A stretch of DNA of 64,000 nt from Candidatus Aenigmatarchaeota archaeon (lineage in GTDB: Archaea > EX4484-52). Positions 29,917 through 39,241 of the stretch are shown in pieces. The stretch lies in assembly GCA_023137195.1 (NCBI GenBank), contig JAGLPV010000001.1, positions 32,001 to 96,000 of the forward strand, read 5' to 3'. How positions within the stretch are numbered: position 1 is the stretch's first letter; each line of letters opens with the position of its first letter. The translations under genes were made by a program, and so were the position numbers. A model generated the notes under the pieces. It was given only the letters and a program-made list of their open reading frames with translations, ran no database searches and was not told the DNA's origin.

Positions 29917-30111
29917 TTATGAACTTTTAGATGCATTTTGTAAATTATTCAAATCAACATATTCAGATTCTGGAGTTTGTCTTGTTTCTTTTAATTCTTT
30001 TTTGGCATGGTCGCTTAATTCGTAATCCTCTTTAAGCGTGTTTTTGATAAATTCTATATCTATCTTCATTTCAAGCAGTTCCTGATGGAGTGTTTCAATT
30101 GAGATTGCCAT
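29917..30111 (-). CDS. Small antitoxin-like protein
   Basis: MAISIETLHQELLEMKIDIEFIK...LSDHAKKELKETR..EYVDL; short, helical and acidic. Confidence 0.5.
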   Translation of the reverse strand: MAISIETLHQELLEMKIDIEFIKNTLKEDYELSDHAKKELKETRQTPESEYVDLNNLQNASKSS

Positions 30112-30153
30112 ATGGAGTATAATGGACGATAAAATTATATGGTTATGTTGCAG

Positions 30154-30200
30154 TTCAACTAAAAAGGAGGGCGGCAATTTGCCTCCACCCTTCGCTAAAA
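30154..30200 (-). repeat. Non-coding copy of the BRO-N palindromic segment (copy B)
   Basis: GAAGGGTGGAGGCAAATTGCCGCCCTCCTTTTTAGTTGAA (EGWRQIAALL); shares its flank with copy A. Confidence 0.8.
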
Positions 30201-30233
30201 TTATTGTAGATTTTCATGACATAAAAATAGAAA

Positions 30234-30440
30234 CTAAACGCTTAAAACCTCGATAGGGGTGCTTTTGTTTGCGTGTTTTAAAACATTGAGTTTTTCAAAT
30301 CCAATTATGTTATTATTTTTGTCTTTTTTTAGTATTACTTCCTCTCCTGTTTCTTCGCAAATAAACTCTTTTTTTGCGTCATCAAACCATACATCTAAAG
30401 TATTTGTTTGGGTGTTTAATATGACTTTTATTTTTTCCAT
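30234..30440 (-). CDS. DUF2283-family putative antitoxin
   Basis: TLDVWF...EETGEEVILKKDKNNNIIGFE.LN. Confidence 0.7.
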   Translation of the reverse strand: MEKIKVILNTQTNTLDVWFDDAKKEFICEETGEEVILKKDKNNNIIGFEKLNVLKHANKSTPIEVLSV

Positions 30441-30763
30441 ATTTCTTCTCCTTCTTTTATTTTGTCTGTAATATATGTGGTTATGAGTATTTTTTTGATT
30501 TTATTTACAACCACGCATATATAACGCGGCTTATTATTATAAACTATTCTCCTGTAAATTAAATATACATTCTCGTCTGTTTTGCTTTGCCTTATTATTT
30601 CAGGGTCTTCTAATGTTTTTATGATGTCTTTTTCTTTGTTTTTCATCATAGGGTGTTTAATTGTGATAATATAATCCCAATAGCTTTCTGAAAGAGAGAT
30701 GCTGGTATTCAAACGAGTCATTATCTCAAATTTTATTGTTTTTTTAACTGGCTTATTTTCCAT
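30428..30763 (-). CDS. DUF4258/BECR-fold putative RNase toxin
   Basis: W.YII..KHP.M, TLEDPE.IRQS..D..VYL.YR, ITTY.TDKIKEG; overlaps the DUF2283 gene. Confidence 0.65.
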   Translation of the reverse strand: MENKPVKKTIKFEIMTRLNTSISLSESYWDYIITIKHPMMKNKEKDIIKTLEDPEIIRQSKTDENVYLIYRRIVYNNKPRYICVVVNKIKKILITTYITDKIKEGEEIWKK

Positions 30764-30814
30764 ATTATGATTTTATTGTTTTCTTTTTACTGATTATTAT
30801 AAATCCAATATTTT

Positions 30815-31715
30815 TCAACTTTTTTCCTCTAATTTCTTCCTATTTTCCTTTAAATCCAGATAATTATCCTGGGAGACTATTTTTATTCCAAAACTCTTTT
30901 CTGCATCAATTCTTGCCCTTCCTGCGACTTTTCCGCCTTCTATTGCTGTATCTTTGTTTTGGATAAAGCCCTGCGCATCTTTCTTTCGTGTTGCTTCTGT
31001 TGTTAATTTCTCGCCCAGCATTGAAAAGATAAGCTCTAAATCAGCCATCCTAAAAAACCCGAAGGGGTTTTTGGGACACCAAAAATCTATGATTTTTGCG
31101 TGTGTGATCCCTTAAATTCTGGTTTTTGAATTTTGGGTCGAGTCCTTTAATTTGTTTGTGCGCTTTAATAGGGACTCCGAAAGTGGCTTTGGAGATTTCA
31201 TTTGTCAGGATTGCGTAATCTCTTTTTTCTTCTATTCCTCTGTTTTTCCACTCTTCTGTTAATTCCTGTCTTATGGCGATTCCTCTTAAGCGTTTGTCAA
31301 TCCAGTCTTTTGGGTATCCTTTTAATTCGTAGTATTCTTTTGCCCTGTCCTGTGCGAGTTCAGGGTTTTGAATTTCCTGTATTCTTTCGTATCCGACTTT
31401 TGCGAGCCATTGCTTGAATGGTTCTGCTTTGAGGGAAGGGATTGATTGGATAAGACGAAAAGCTCCTTTCGTGGAGACGCAATTGAGCTTCTGAAGACCT
31501 CCGGCAGTTTCAACTGAAAGGGGGGTGGCAATTTGCCCCCATCCTTCTGCAAAACTTTCGTCTCTTCGTCTCATGTCCTTTAAATATCCTTTTGGGTCTT
31601 TGCTGTCAGTGAGGATGGCAATGATGTCTGCGGCAACAAACCACCATTCGTCATTAAACCATGTTCTTCTGATTTTTTGTCCCTCGAATATTGCAAGTGA
31701 GTTGGTTTGGTTCAT
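30815..31715 (-). pseudogene. BRO-N (phage antirepressor-like) protein interrupted by a 55-bp insertion
   Basis: IRRTWFNDEWWF, RLIQSIPS.KAEPFKQWLA, NLRDH|MADLELIF; removing 31049-31103 restores a 281-aa ORF. Confidence 0.88.
31049..31103. mobile_element. 55-bp double-hairpin miniature element (REP/MITE-like)
   Basis: AAAAACCC-GAAG-GGGTTTTT and CAAAAATC-TAT-GATTTTTG hairpins inserted exactly between the His and Met codons. Confidence 0.75.
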
Positions 31716-31718
31716 ATT

Positions 31719-33038
31719 TTACCTAAATTTAGTCCAATTAAAGCCTTTATCATGGCTTTTTTCAAGATATATTCCTTTATATCCGAGTATTTCTAACATA
31801 AATCTTTCAAAAATATTTAATGCTAAATAATATGCTTTTGTAGTTTTTTTAAAAGTTATTTTTTTAATTGGATTTTTTGATTTTCCTTCATGAATAACTA
31901 AATTTCTAATATCTATTAGAAGTTTCAAATTTTTTTCAGAGTATCTAAATTTTTCTAGATTAAAAATTTCTTCTAAAATTTCTTTAAAACTTTTTTTAAT
32001 TCGCTTTCCTTTTTTATTTTTTATATAATTTCCTTTATTATCTCTTTTATGTTCGTCAATCAAACAACTTTTAATATATCTTTCTTTCAATGCTTCAAAC
32101 AAGATTGCAATTAGTGCAAATTTTGCCTCTAATGTAACGCAACGAAAAGATTCTATGTAAAATTCAATTAAATCGTGAAAGTCATTGATTTTATTTAAAA
32201 TCGCTTCAAAATTTGGATATGTTTTTTCAATAACATCAGAAATAGGATTTGAATAACTAAATCGAAGAATGCCATCATTTTCCGAATAAGGATATTTTTT
32301 ATCATCAAAATAAATTCTCTTTAAGGCATTATCTTGTACAATTTCAATTTTTTCTAAAGAAACATAGTTTGCAGTATAGAATGACAATAAATACAACAAC
32401 TGATGTATAGTTTTTGTTTTATTAGAAATATAAATAGAATTAGTTTCGAATCGAATAATAGCAGTAGTCTGACATATTCCATAATACTCTAAAAGATCTT
32501 TAGAATTTTTATCATAATAGTATGGACATACCCTATATTTTTGTTTGTCAATAAAAAAATCCCTTTTGTAAACACTTATTTTTCCAAGATTCATATTATT
32601 CAAATAATATCTTACTTCTTTTTTGCCTCTAATAAATTTGCCTTCTTTTATTTCTAAATCACATGGAAGAAATTTCCATATTTGACGCCCTTCTGACCCA
32701 CATAGAATATTTTTTTTAATTACAATTTTCTCTTCATTTTCACTTATGCCTTCAAATCGGAATATTTTTTTTGATATTTTTTCGTCTATATCTAGAAAAA
32801 TATTATTATCCGAATATAAAAAAAACTCTTTAACTCCATTAGAATAAATAATTAATCGAAAATTACCAGATATTACCAAACCCTTTTTATTAATTGTTTT
32901 GCCTTTGCCAGAATATTCTTCAGATTTTTTAATTTGCTTTTTTTGTTCCGCACATGTTTTTTTTAGTTCTTCGTTTTCTTTTCTTAATTTTTCATTTTCT
33001 TCCACAAGATTATTATTTTCTTCTATTTTACTCATCAC
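31719..33038 (-). CDS. HEPN-domain (ApeA-like) putative defence RNase
   Basis: C-terminal RNLVIH (Rx4H), preceded by FALIAILFEAL; very AT-rich. Confidence 0.6.
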   Translation of the reverse strand: MMSKIEENNNLVEENEKLRKENEELKKTCAEQKKQIKKSEEYSGKGKTINKKGLVISGNFRLIIYSNGVKEFFLYSDNNIFLDIDEKISKKIFRFEGISENEEKIVIKKNILCGSEGRQIWKFLPCDLEIKEGKFIRGKKEVRYYLNNMNLGKISVYKRDFFIDKQKYRVCPYYYDKNSKDLLEYYGICQTTAIIRFETNSIYISNKTKTIHQLLYLLSFYTANYVSLEKIEIVQDNALKRIYFDDKKYPYSENDGILRFSYSNPISDVIEKTYPNFEAILNKINDFHDLIEFYIESFRCVTLEAKFALIAILFEALKERYIKSCLIDEHKRDNKGNYIKNKKGKRIKKSFKEILEEIFNLEKFRYSEKNLKLLIDIRNLVIHEGKSKNPIKKITFKKTTKAYYLALNIFERFMLEILGYKGIYLEKSHDKGFNWTKFR

Positions 33039-33139
33039 AACCCTCCTTCAACAACTTTAATCTCATCATCATTTAGCTCATACAACAGATAAACCATTCT
33101 GTCAATTTCCTTGTCGGTTTCATCTATTTTTTCTTCCAT
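33035..33139 (-). repeat. Mini-ORF duplicating the C-terminus of the type IIG R-M enzyme
   Basis: MEEKIDETDKEIDRMVYLLYELNDDEIKVVEGGL vs LKEKIDETDREIDKMVYKLYGLSNEEIGIVEGL. Confidence 0.85.
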
Positions 33140-33174
33140 CTCATCACAATAATTTTTTTGTTATTTTCATACTT

Positions 33175-33795
33175 TTAATATATGTTGAATCGTTCTCTCA
33201 ATATGCATCTTGTTTGCTCTAAACTATAAAGCAATCCTTTTTTATCAGAATTGTCATTTATTATATCCATTATTTTTAAATGATAATAATTGTAAATTTT
33301 ATCTTTTAAAATAAAATCATATCTTTTGTTTTTGGAGTTTATGAAAACATTAAAAGAATCTTGTATTTTTATCATCATGAAATTGATAATGCGGGATTTA
33401 TCTTCTATTCGATTTATGTATTTTTTTAAATCATTTGTTGATCTTTTATCAATTTCATAATCGAGAATACGATAATACAACGATTCATTAGGTAATGGTA
33501 ATAAATAAAAGGGAATGGATTGTTTTTTATAAGATTCTATCATTTTTTCAATTTCATCAATCTTATATTTTAGTGTCCTTAATTGAGCTTTTTGATTTTT
33601 ATCATGTTCTGATTTTTTAATCCATTCAGCTCCAATAAAAATCATGATTGCAAACACTATAGAAATTATTGTAACCGACCCTGCGTGTTTGTCAAAAACT
33701 TCAATTAAATAATGAAAGTTACTATATATTAGAGTTAATAATATTCCTAAAAAGAGTCCAAATAGGAAATAAATATAATTCTTTTTTTCCATCAT
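33175..33795 (-). CDS. Hypothetical protein with 2 N-terminal TM helices
   Basis: 206-aa ORF translationally coupled to the R-M gene. Confidence 0.6.
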   Translation of the reverse strand: MMEKKNYIYFLFGLFLGILLTLIYSNFHYLIEVFDKHAGSVTIISIVFAIMIFIGAEWIKKSEHDKNQKAQLRTLKYKIDEIEKMIESYKKQSIPFYLLPLPNESLYYRILDYEIDKRSTNDLKKYINRIEDKSRIINFMMIKIQDSFNVFINSKNKRYDFILKDKIYNYYHLKIMDIINDNSDKKGLLYSLEQTRCILRERFNIY

Positions 33796-36700
33796 AATCC
33801 CTCAACAATCCCAATTTCTTCATTACTCAATCCATACAATTTATAAACCATTTTGTCAATTTCCCTATCCGTTTCATCTATTTTTTCTTTCAGTTCTATT
33901 AATTCCTTTTTTCGCTCTTCAAAATACCCATCCCATTCATCCTGCTGTTTTAGAGACAGATTTATTTTTTGCTTTTTCAATTCGCCCAAAAAATCGGCAA
34001 AATTCAGATTAAAGAATTTATCTAATTTTTTTGTAATTTTTTCTAAATTTAAATTCTGCTTTAGTCGGCTTAAAAATTTGTTTTTCTTATTGTAAAAGTC
34101 CTTATTTAAATCAAGCATTATATCTGCTTTTTCTATGAATAGAGTTTGTTTTTCAATATCTATTTTTTTAATCGGAAATTTCCTCAAATCATTTAAAATT
34201 ATTTTTGGAAACATTTTTCTAACAGATTTAGCCGTACTCTTTAAGAAATAATAAGACATTAAACTACTATTGAGTATAACCAATATATATTTCAAAGAAA
34301 TATTTGTTCCTTCTTTTTCTATGATGGCAATATTGCTCCGATTGAATAAATATAATTCATCACTAAATGTTGATATAATAGATTTCGGGAATGTTCCTGT
34401 AATTTCTCGTATAATTAGTTTAGATCCAGAAAATATATTAAATGTTCTGGGGGCGGCAAGATGCTCGCCATATTTTAAATATAAATCACGCCAATTCAAA
34501 TAATATCTTCCTACATCTTTTCCGTCCAAATATTTATGCGTGTCTTTATCATATTTGTAATTGAAATCATATGGTCTCTTTTTCACATCTTCTGCTGTTT
34601 GTTTGGGATTTCCTTTTCCATCTTCGTATGCTTGTAAACCTGCTTTTATGGTTGTTAAATCATTCAAGATACTTGAATTTGCTTTTAGTTTATTTAATAG
34701 TTTTTTGCTGTTATCATCAAAAAATACTTTAAATTCAAAATCATCATCATTCTTAAAATCTTCTTGATTTTTTGAATGCGAGAATTCAAATAGTTTTCCT
34801 CTGCTCATTAAAATATTTATTTTATTAGTTTTTGTGTTTTGTTTTTTTGCATTAAAAATTATGGTTTCTACATTTACTCCTTCAAATGAATAACCAGATA
34901 AATTTATTATCTCTTTGATTTCGGAGGTTTTTAATATATATTCTCTTAATTTCTTTGCAGAATTTACCATTAGCCAAGCATTTGGGACAATTAATCCATA
35001 ATTCCCAGAATTCTTTAATAGAGCTATAGATTTCTCGATAAATAATACATAAGTATTTACTTGATATTGGGCAGAATCATAATTGGACGAGTAATAATTT
35101 TTCTCTTCTTCGGATATTTTTTCTCTGGCAAAAATGTAAGGCGGATTCCCCACAACAACATCAAACCCGCCTTTCTCAAAAATCTCTTTAAACTCATCTC
35201 CCCACTTAAACGCCTTTTTCCCGGCAACTGCCTCATCATCAATCAATGAATTTCCGCATTTGATATTTTCAGACAAACTGATTAATTTCTTGTTTTTTCT
35301 GGCAATTTTCAAAAACAGGGACAATTTTGTAATTTCAACAGATTCTTCATTCAAATCCACGCCGAAAATATTATTCTGGATTATTTCCTTTGCCTCTTCC
35401 TCTTCGCTCCATTTTTTAAGCATTAATTGATTTTTTCCTTTGCTAAATGATGTGTATTGTCCGCTGTCCTGCTTGAACAGCCCGATTTCCCTGTGGATTT
35501 CCAGAAGAACATCAACTGCTTTTATCAAAAAAGCACCACTGCCGCAGGCAGGGTCAAGTATTTTTATATTGGCAAATTTTTCCTCAAGTTCTCTCATATT
35601 GCCGGAATATTCCAGAACCAGCTCTTTTGGAGTTTTGGCGGATTTCTTTGACAAATAAGGGATGATGGTATTCCTGCAAATATAGTCTGTGATATATTCA
35701 GGAGTGTAAAATATGCCTTCCTTTTTTCTTTTTGAAATTTTGGATTCTTTCAGCGCATCTATATCGCTGAGGGACTGCTCGAAAATATGCCCGAGTATAT
35801 TGACGCTGACCTCTGTCTTAAAGTCAAAAGAAGCCATCAATAAAATGTTTTTCACTATCGGGTTTATTTTCCCGCTGTATTTGTCAATTGACTTTTGGGT
35901 GATTTCATCCAGATTTGCATCCTTTGCAAGACTGGAATTCTGGTAAATTTCAGAAAAAAAGCCCTTGTCCCGCATATCCTTAAAATAGATTTTCCGGGGT
36001 ATCGGCATCCTGAAAAATTCCCCATTGAATCCGAATATTTTTATAGGGGTCGAAGCCCCTTTGTCAAGAGATAAAAACAAATCCGTTATTGAATCGCAGA
36101 TGTAATGAGAATGCTCTGATATTGGCGTTGATTCCACTATATTTACGACCCTGTCTTCAAAAATCCTTTTAGGAAGTTTGTCTGTGTCTTCTGCAAAAAA
36201 GATAAACATCAGGCGATTCAAAAATATCTGCGCAAAATGAATGGGAGTATTTACTTTGTCGTGAAGCTCCTCGTTTTCTGCAAATTCCTTTATCAGCATC
36301 AGGCGGGTTTCATGAAACAATTTGTAAAATTCCTTTGTAAAGTTCTTTTCCTCTTTGATTGATTCATTTTCTGCTTTTTGGACAAAACCGCTTTCAATGC
36401 TTTTTTTGCCAAAAACAGCAATAAATTCCTTTAGTTTGCTGTCGCTGTTTTTGATGTCGAGAAAATCAAATATATGGTATTTGTCGTAGCTTTTGCCTCT
36501 ATCGAACAAAACAAAATGCCTGTAATTTGTAAGAATGCCGTAAGGTATTTCGTATTTGCTCAAATAATCCCATATCTGGTTTACAGGCGTTGCTCTTGTT
36601 TTTGTATCTCTGCCCTGATATGCCCATAAATCTTTTGTTTTTGCGCCTTTTGCCTCAAAGCAAACCAATTTTTTTGAGTTTGAATCATTGAAAAGAAATT

Positions 36701-36920
36701 CAATATTGTGCCTTTCAAAATCAAAGTTTTTTGTGTTGTAGTCCAGTAAATTGTTTAATATTGTATCTGCAAACCTGAAATAATTTTTCTTCTCATCCTC
36801 TAATTTGTTATTTTCCAGCAATTCAATCCATTTTTTAGCAGCTTTTTTTTGCGATGCAGACGGCAAAGTATCAGAGCAAAGTTTTTCAAGAGTTTTTGGC
36901 TTGAACAAATTAGTTTCCAT
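33792..36920 (-). CDS. Type IIG (Eco57I-like) fused restriction-modification enzyme
   Basis: FEAKG nuclease motif, GILTN, FYTPE, ILDPACGSGAFL, VGNPPY, TaqI-C-like TRD. Confidence 0.92.
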   Translation of the reverse strand: METNLFKPKTLEKLCSDTLPSASQKKAAKKWIELLENNKLEDEKKNYFRFADTILNNLLDYNTKNFDFERHNIEFLFNDSNSKKLVCFEAKGAKTKDLWAYQGRDTKTRATPVNQIWDYLSKYEIPYGILTNYRHFVLFDRGKSYDKYHIFDFLDIKNSDSKLKEFIAVFGKKSIESGFVQKAENESIKEEKNFTKEFYKLFHETRLMLIKEFAENEELHDKVNTPIHFAQIFLNRLMFIFFAEDTDKLPKRIFEDRVVNIVESTPISEHSHYICDSITDLFLSLDKGASTPIKIFGFNGEFFRMPIPRKIYFKDMRDKGFFSEIYQNSSLAKDANLDEITQKSIDKYSGKINPIVKNILLMASFDFKTEVSVNILGHIFEQSLSDIDALKESKISKRKKEGIFYTPEYITDYICRNTIIPYLSKKSAKTPKELVLEYSGNMRELEEKFANIKILDPACGSGAFLIKAVDVLLEIHREIGLFKQDSGQYTSFSKGKNQLMLKKWSEEEEAKEIIQNNIFGVDLNEESVEITKLSLFLKIARKNKKLISLSENIKCGNSLIDDEAVAGKKAFKWGDEFKEIFEKGGFDVVVGNPPYIFAREKISEEEKNYYSSNYDSAQYQVNTYVLFIEKSIALLKNSGNYGLIVPNAWLMVNSAKKLREYILKTSEIKEIINLSGYSFEGVNVETIIFNAKKQNTKTNKINILMSRGKLFEFSHSKNQEDFKNDDDFEFKVFFDDNSKKLLNKLKANSSILNDLTTIKAGLQAYEDGKGNPKQTAEDVKKRPYDFNYKYDKDTHKYLDGKDVGRYYLNWRDLYLKYGEHLAAPRTFNIFSGSKLIIREITGTFPKSIISTFSDELYLFNRSNIAIIEKEGTNISLKYILVILNSSLMSYYFLKSTAKSVRKMFPKIILNDLRKFPIKKIDIEKQTLFIEKADIMLDLNKDFYNKKNKFLSRLKQNLNLEKITKKLDKFFNLNFADFLGELKKQKINLSLKQQDEWDGYFEERKKELIELKEKIDETDREIDKMVYKLYGLSNEEIGIVEGL

Positions 36921-36970
36921 TAGTATAAATACTCTCAAATCTTATAAATTTATTCAATATGCAAACGATT

Positions 36971-38323
36971 TTAAAACACCTCTAATTGCTCCCTATACAA
37001 CTCAACATAATAATAAACTGCCTGCTTTATATCCCCGTATTTTGTTCCCCTTATATGCGAGTAGTATTTCTCCTTCATGTCATTATAAAATATTATTGGA
37101 AAATACCCATGCTTGATTAATATAAAGTTAAACAGCAATCGTGCAACTCTTCCGTTGCCATCGTCGAAAGGGTGAATATAAACAAATTGATTATGAACCA
37201 CCAAAGCAAGCACTAATGGATGAAGTGTGTTGTTGTTTTTATTATACCAATCGACCAATAACCTGACTCTTTCATCGACAAACTCAGGGGGAGTGGTATT
37301 ATCAACAAGAATTCCTGAATCATTAATAACGCAATTATCCTCTATTTTATAATTGCCCGCAGATTCCCCGATACCCTGTTGAGTAGCTAAGTTTAGCTTT
37401 TTTATGAATTCAACAGTAAGCTCATTTGACGTATCAAAGATATTATCCAATGCAGTTCTTGAATTTGTAGTTTCCAATATTGCTTTTTTATCTTTTTTTA
37501 CAAGCTCATTTCCTATGGTAAGAATAGTTCTTACATCCTGCATAGTAAGAATGTTTCCTTCTATTTTATCAGTATTGTAAATATATTTTATTTTCCAATC
37601 TGTTATTCGTCTTTCTATCTCAAAAATATTTGAATAAAATTCTTTTCTCTTTTTCTCTGTTAGTACATCTATTACAGTAATAAGGGGAAAATCAGTTTCC
37701 CTTAATTTACTTAAGATAAAATCTTTCCCGTCTAAATAATGTTTTATGTTGAGTTCTGCTAATTCTTTAGATTGATCATCAGGGAGATGTTCTTTTTTTG
37801 CAGTAGTTGCTGAAAAAAATTTTATTACATCATGTCTATACTCTTCCTCATCAAATTTTAAATCGATATCAAAAAAGTCTAATAACATTTTTGTTGGTTC
37901 TTCCCATGACCTAATAAGATAAATGACACTATTTCCTTTATGAATAGAGTATATTATTCTTGTCTTTCTTGCGATGTCTTTAACTACTCTTAAATTATGA
38001 TATGGAAGTTCATGTGATTTTAATGTTGGTTCAACACTAAACCTTTGTAATATATTTTTTACATGAGTCGTGAATAATGATTCCGCATCCTGTTTGAAAA
38101 TAGCAGTAATTGCTTCTATGATTTTTACTTTTGCGTTCATTTTATTTAGCGAATAAACACCTTTGCCCTCTTTTGTAATGTAATTCAAATTTTGTAATTT
38201 TCTTAAATACGGATGAATCCCGGAGTGATATTTTAGATTCATTAAAATCGCTAATTCTTCCGAAGTATAACTTTCTTTATTGCCTAAACACATTTTTATT
38301 AATATTTTTATTTCTTTATTCAT
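36971..38323 (-). CDS. Fic-family protein with N-terminal wHTH
   Basis: HPFDDGNGRVAR; inhibitory TDKIEGN motif. Confidence 0.9.
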   Translation of the reverse strand: MNKEIKILIKMCLGNKESYTSEELAILMNLKYHSGIHPYLRKLQNLNYITKEGKGVYSLNKMNAKVKIIEAITAIFKQDAESLFTTHVKNILQRFSVEPTLKSHELPYHNLRVVKDIARKTRIIYSIHKGNSVIYLIRSWEEPTKMLLDFFDIDLKFDEEEYRHDVIKFFSATTAKKEHLPDDQSKELAELNIKHYLDGKDFILSKLRETDFPLITVIDVLTEKKRKEFYSNIFEIERRITDWKIKYIYNTDKIEGNILTMQDVRTILTIGNELVKKDKKAILETTNSRTALDNIFDTSNELTVEFIKKLNLATQQGIGESAGNYKIEDNCVINDSGILVDNTTPPEFVDERVRLLVDWYNKNNNTLHPLVLALVVHNQFVYIHPFDDGNGRVARLLFNFILIKHGYFPIIFYNDMKEKYYSHIRGTKYGDIKQAVYYYVELYREQLEVF

Positions 38324-38462
38324 AATACCGTTATATATGACCTTAAATTTATAAATGTGTGTGTATTTTTTAATAAATTAATAAATTTAATAATAATAAG
38401 AGTTAACATGTGTTAACAAATTAATAAAAATAATTATTCCCGTTCGGGTTTAATACATCAAT

Positions 38463-39239
38463 TCAAAACTCCTCTTCAACATACTTCACAGCATTCTCAA
38501 ATATCGCCAGCCCTGAAGTCGAACCCACAGACTCATCCGAAGCCCGCTCTGGGTGAGGCATCATCCCAAGAATCGTCCCTGTCGAGTTGCATATCCCTGC
38601 AATATCATACACCGAACCATTAGGATTAAACGGATATTTCCCGTTTGCAGGTCTTGCTTTATCATCCCCGTAAATAAAGACAATCTGGTCATTTTCAATC
38701 AATTTCATCAGCAGTTCCTGAGATATCTTGAAATTTCCTTCCCCGTGAGCGATAGGCATCTTTAAAGTGCGGTCATAAGGAATTCCTTTTGCAAATATGC
38801 ATTTCCCCCTGCTGGCATTAATCAAATTAACGCTCCTGCTCTCGAACGTCAGTTTTTCATTTGTTGCAAGAGCCGCCTGCTGTGTTTTGCTTATGCCGTC
38901 AATTCCCGGCAAAAGTCCTGCTTCGACCAATATCTGGAACCCATTGCAGATTCCGATTATCGGCTTTTTTGCATTTACAAATTCTTCAACATCGGCAGAA
39001 AGTTCCTTCATCAGTTTCTTTGCAAATACTACTCCTGAGCGGATATGGTCTGAATTTGAAAACCCGCCGGGAAATACCAAAATATGAAAGTCATTTAGTT
39101 TTTCTTCTTTTGACAGGAATTTGTTTAAGTGAATTACTCTTGAGTTTGCCCCGAGTTTATTGAAAATGTAGTTTGTCTCCCTGTCGCAGTTTGTGCCGGG
39201 TTCGCGCAGGACGCAGACTTTTATTTTATTTTTTTCCAT
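38463..39239 (-). CDS. purQ: FGAM synthase glutaminase subunit
   Basis: PGTNCD, PGGFS, GICNGFQ, AHGEG, MMPHPER. Confidence 0.96.
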   Translation of the reverse strand: MEKNKIKVCVLREPGTNCDRETNYIFNKLGANSRVIHLNKFLSKEEKLNDFHILVFPGGFSNSDHIRSGVVFAKKLMKELSADVEEFVNAKKPIIGICNGFQILVEAGLLPGIDGISKTQQAALATNEKLTFESRSVNLINASRGKCIFAKGIPYDRTLKMPIAHGEGNFKISQELLMKLIENDQIVFIYGDDKARPANGKYPFNPNGSVYDIAGICNSTGTILGMMPHPERASDESVGSTSGLAIFENAVKYVEEEF

Positions 39240-39241
39240 AT

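Noticed and set aside
28982-30200. CRISPR array or DGR explanation for the repeated palindromes
   Set aside because: The repeats are not identical or regularly spaced and there are no cas genes. There is no reverse transcriptase in the window, and differences between copies are not adenine-restricted.
31049-31103. Bulge-helix-bulge intron in the BRO-N gene (rtcB is nearby)
   Set aside because: I could not build a canonical 3-4-3 BHB at the junctions by eye; the internal double hairpin fits a DNA element better.
38341-38460. AT-rich tract with GTTAAC-ATGT-GTTAAC as a possible origin or operator
   Set aside because: No ORB boxes or cdc6 nearby; most simply the fic promoter region, and not supportable further.
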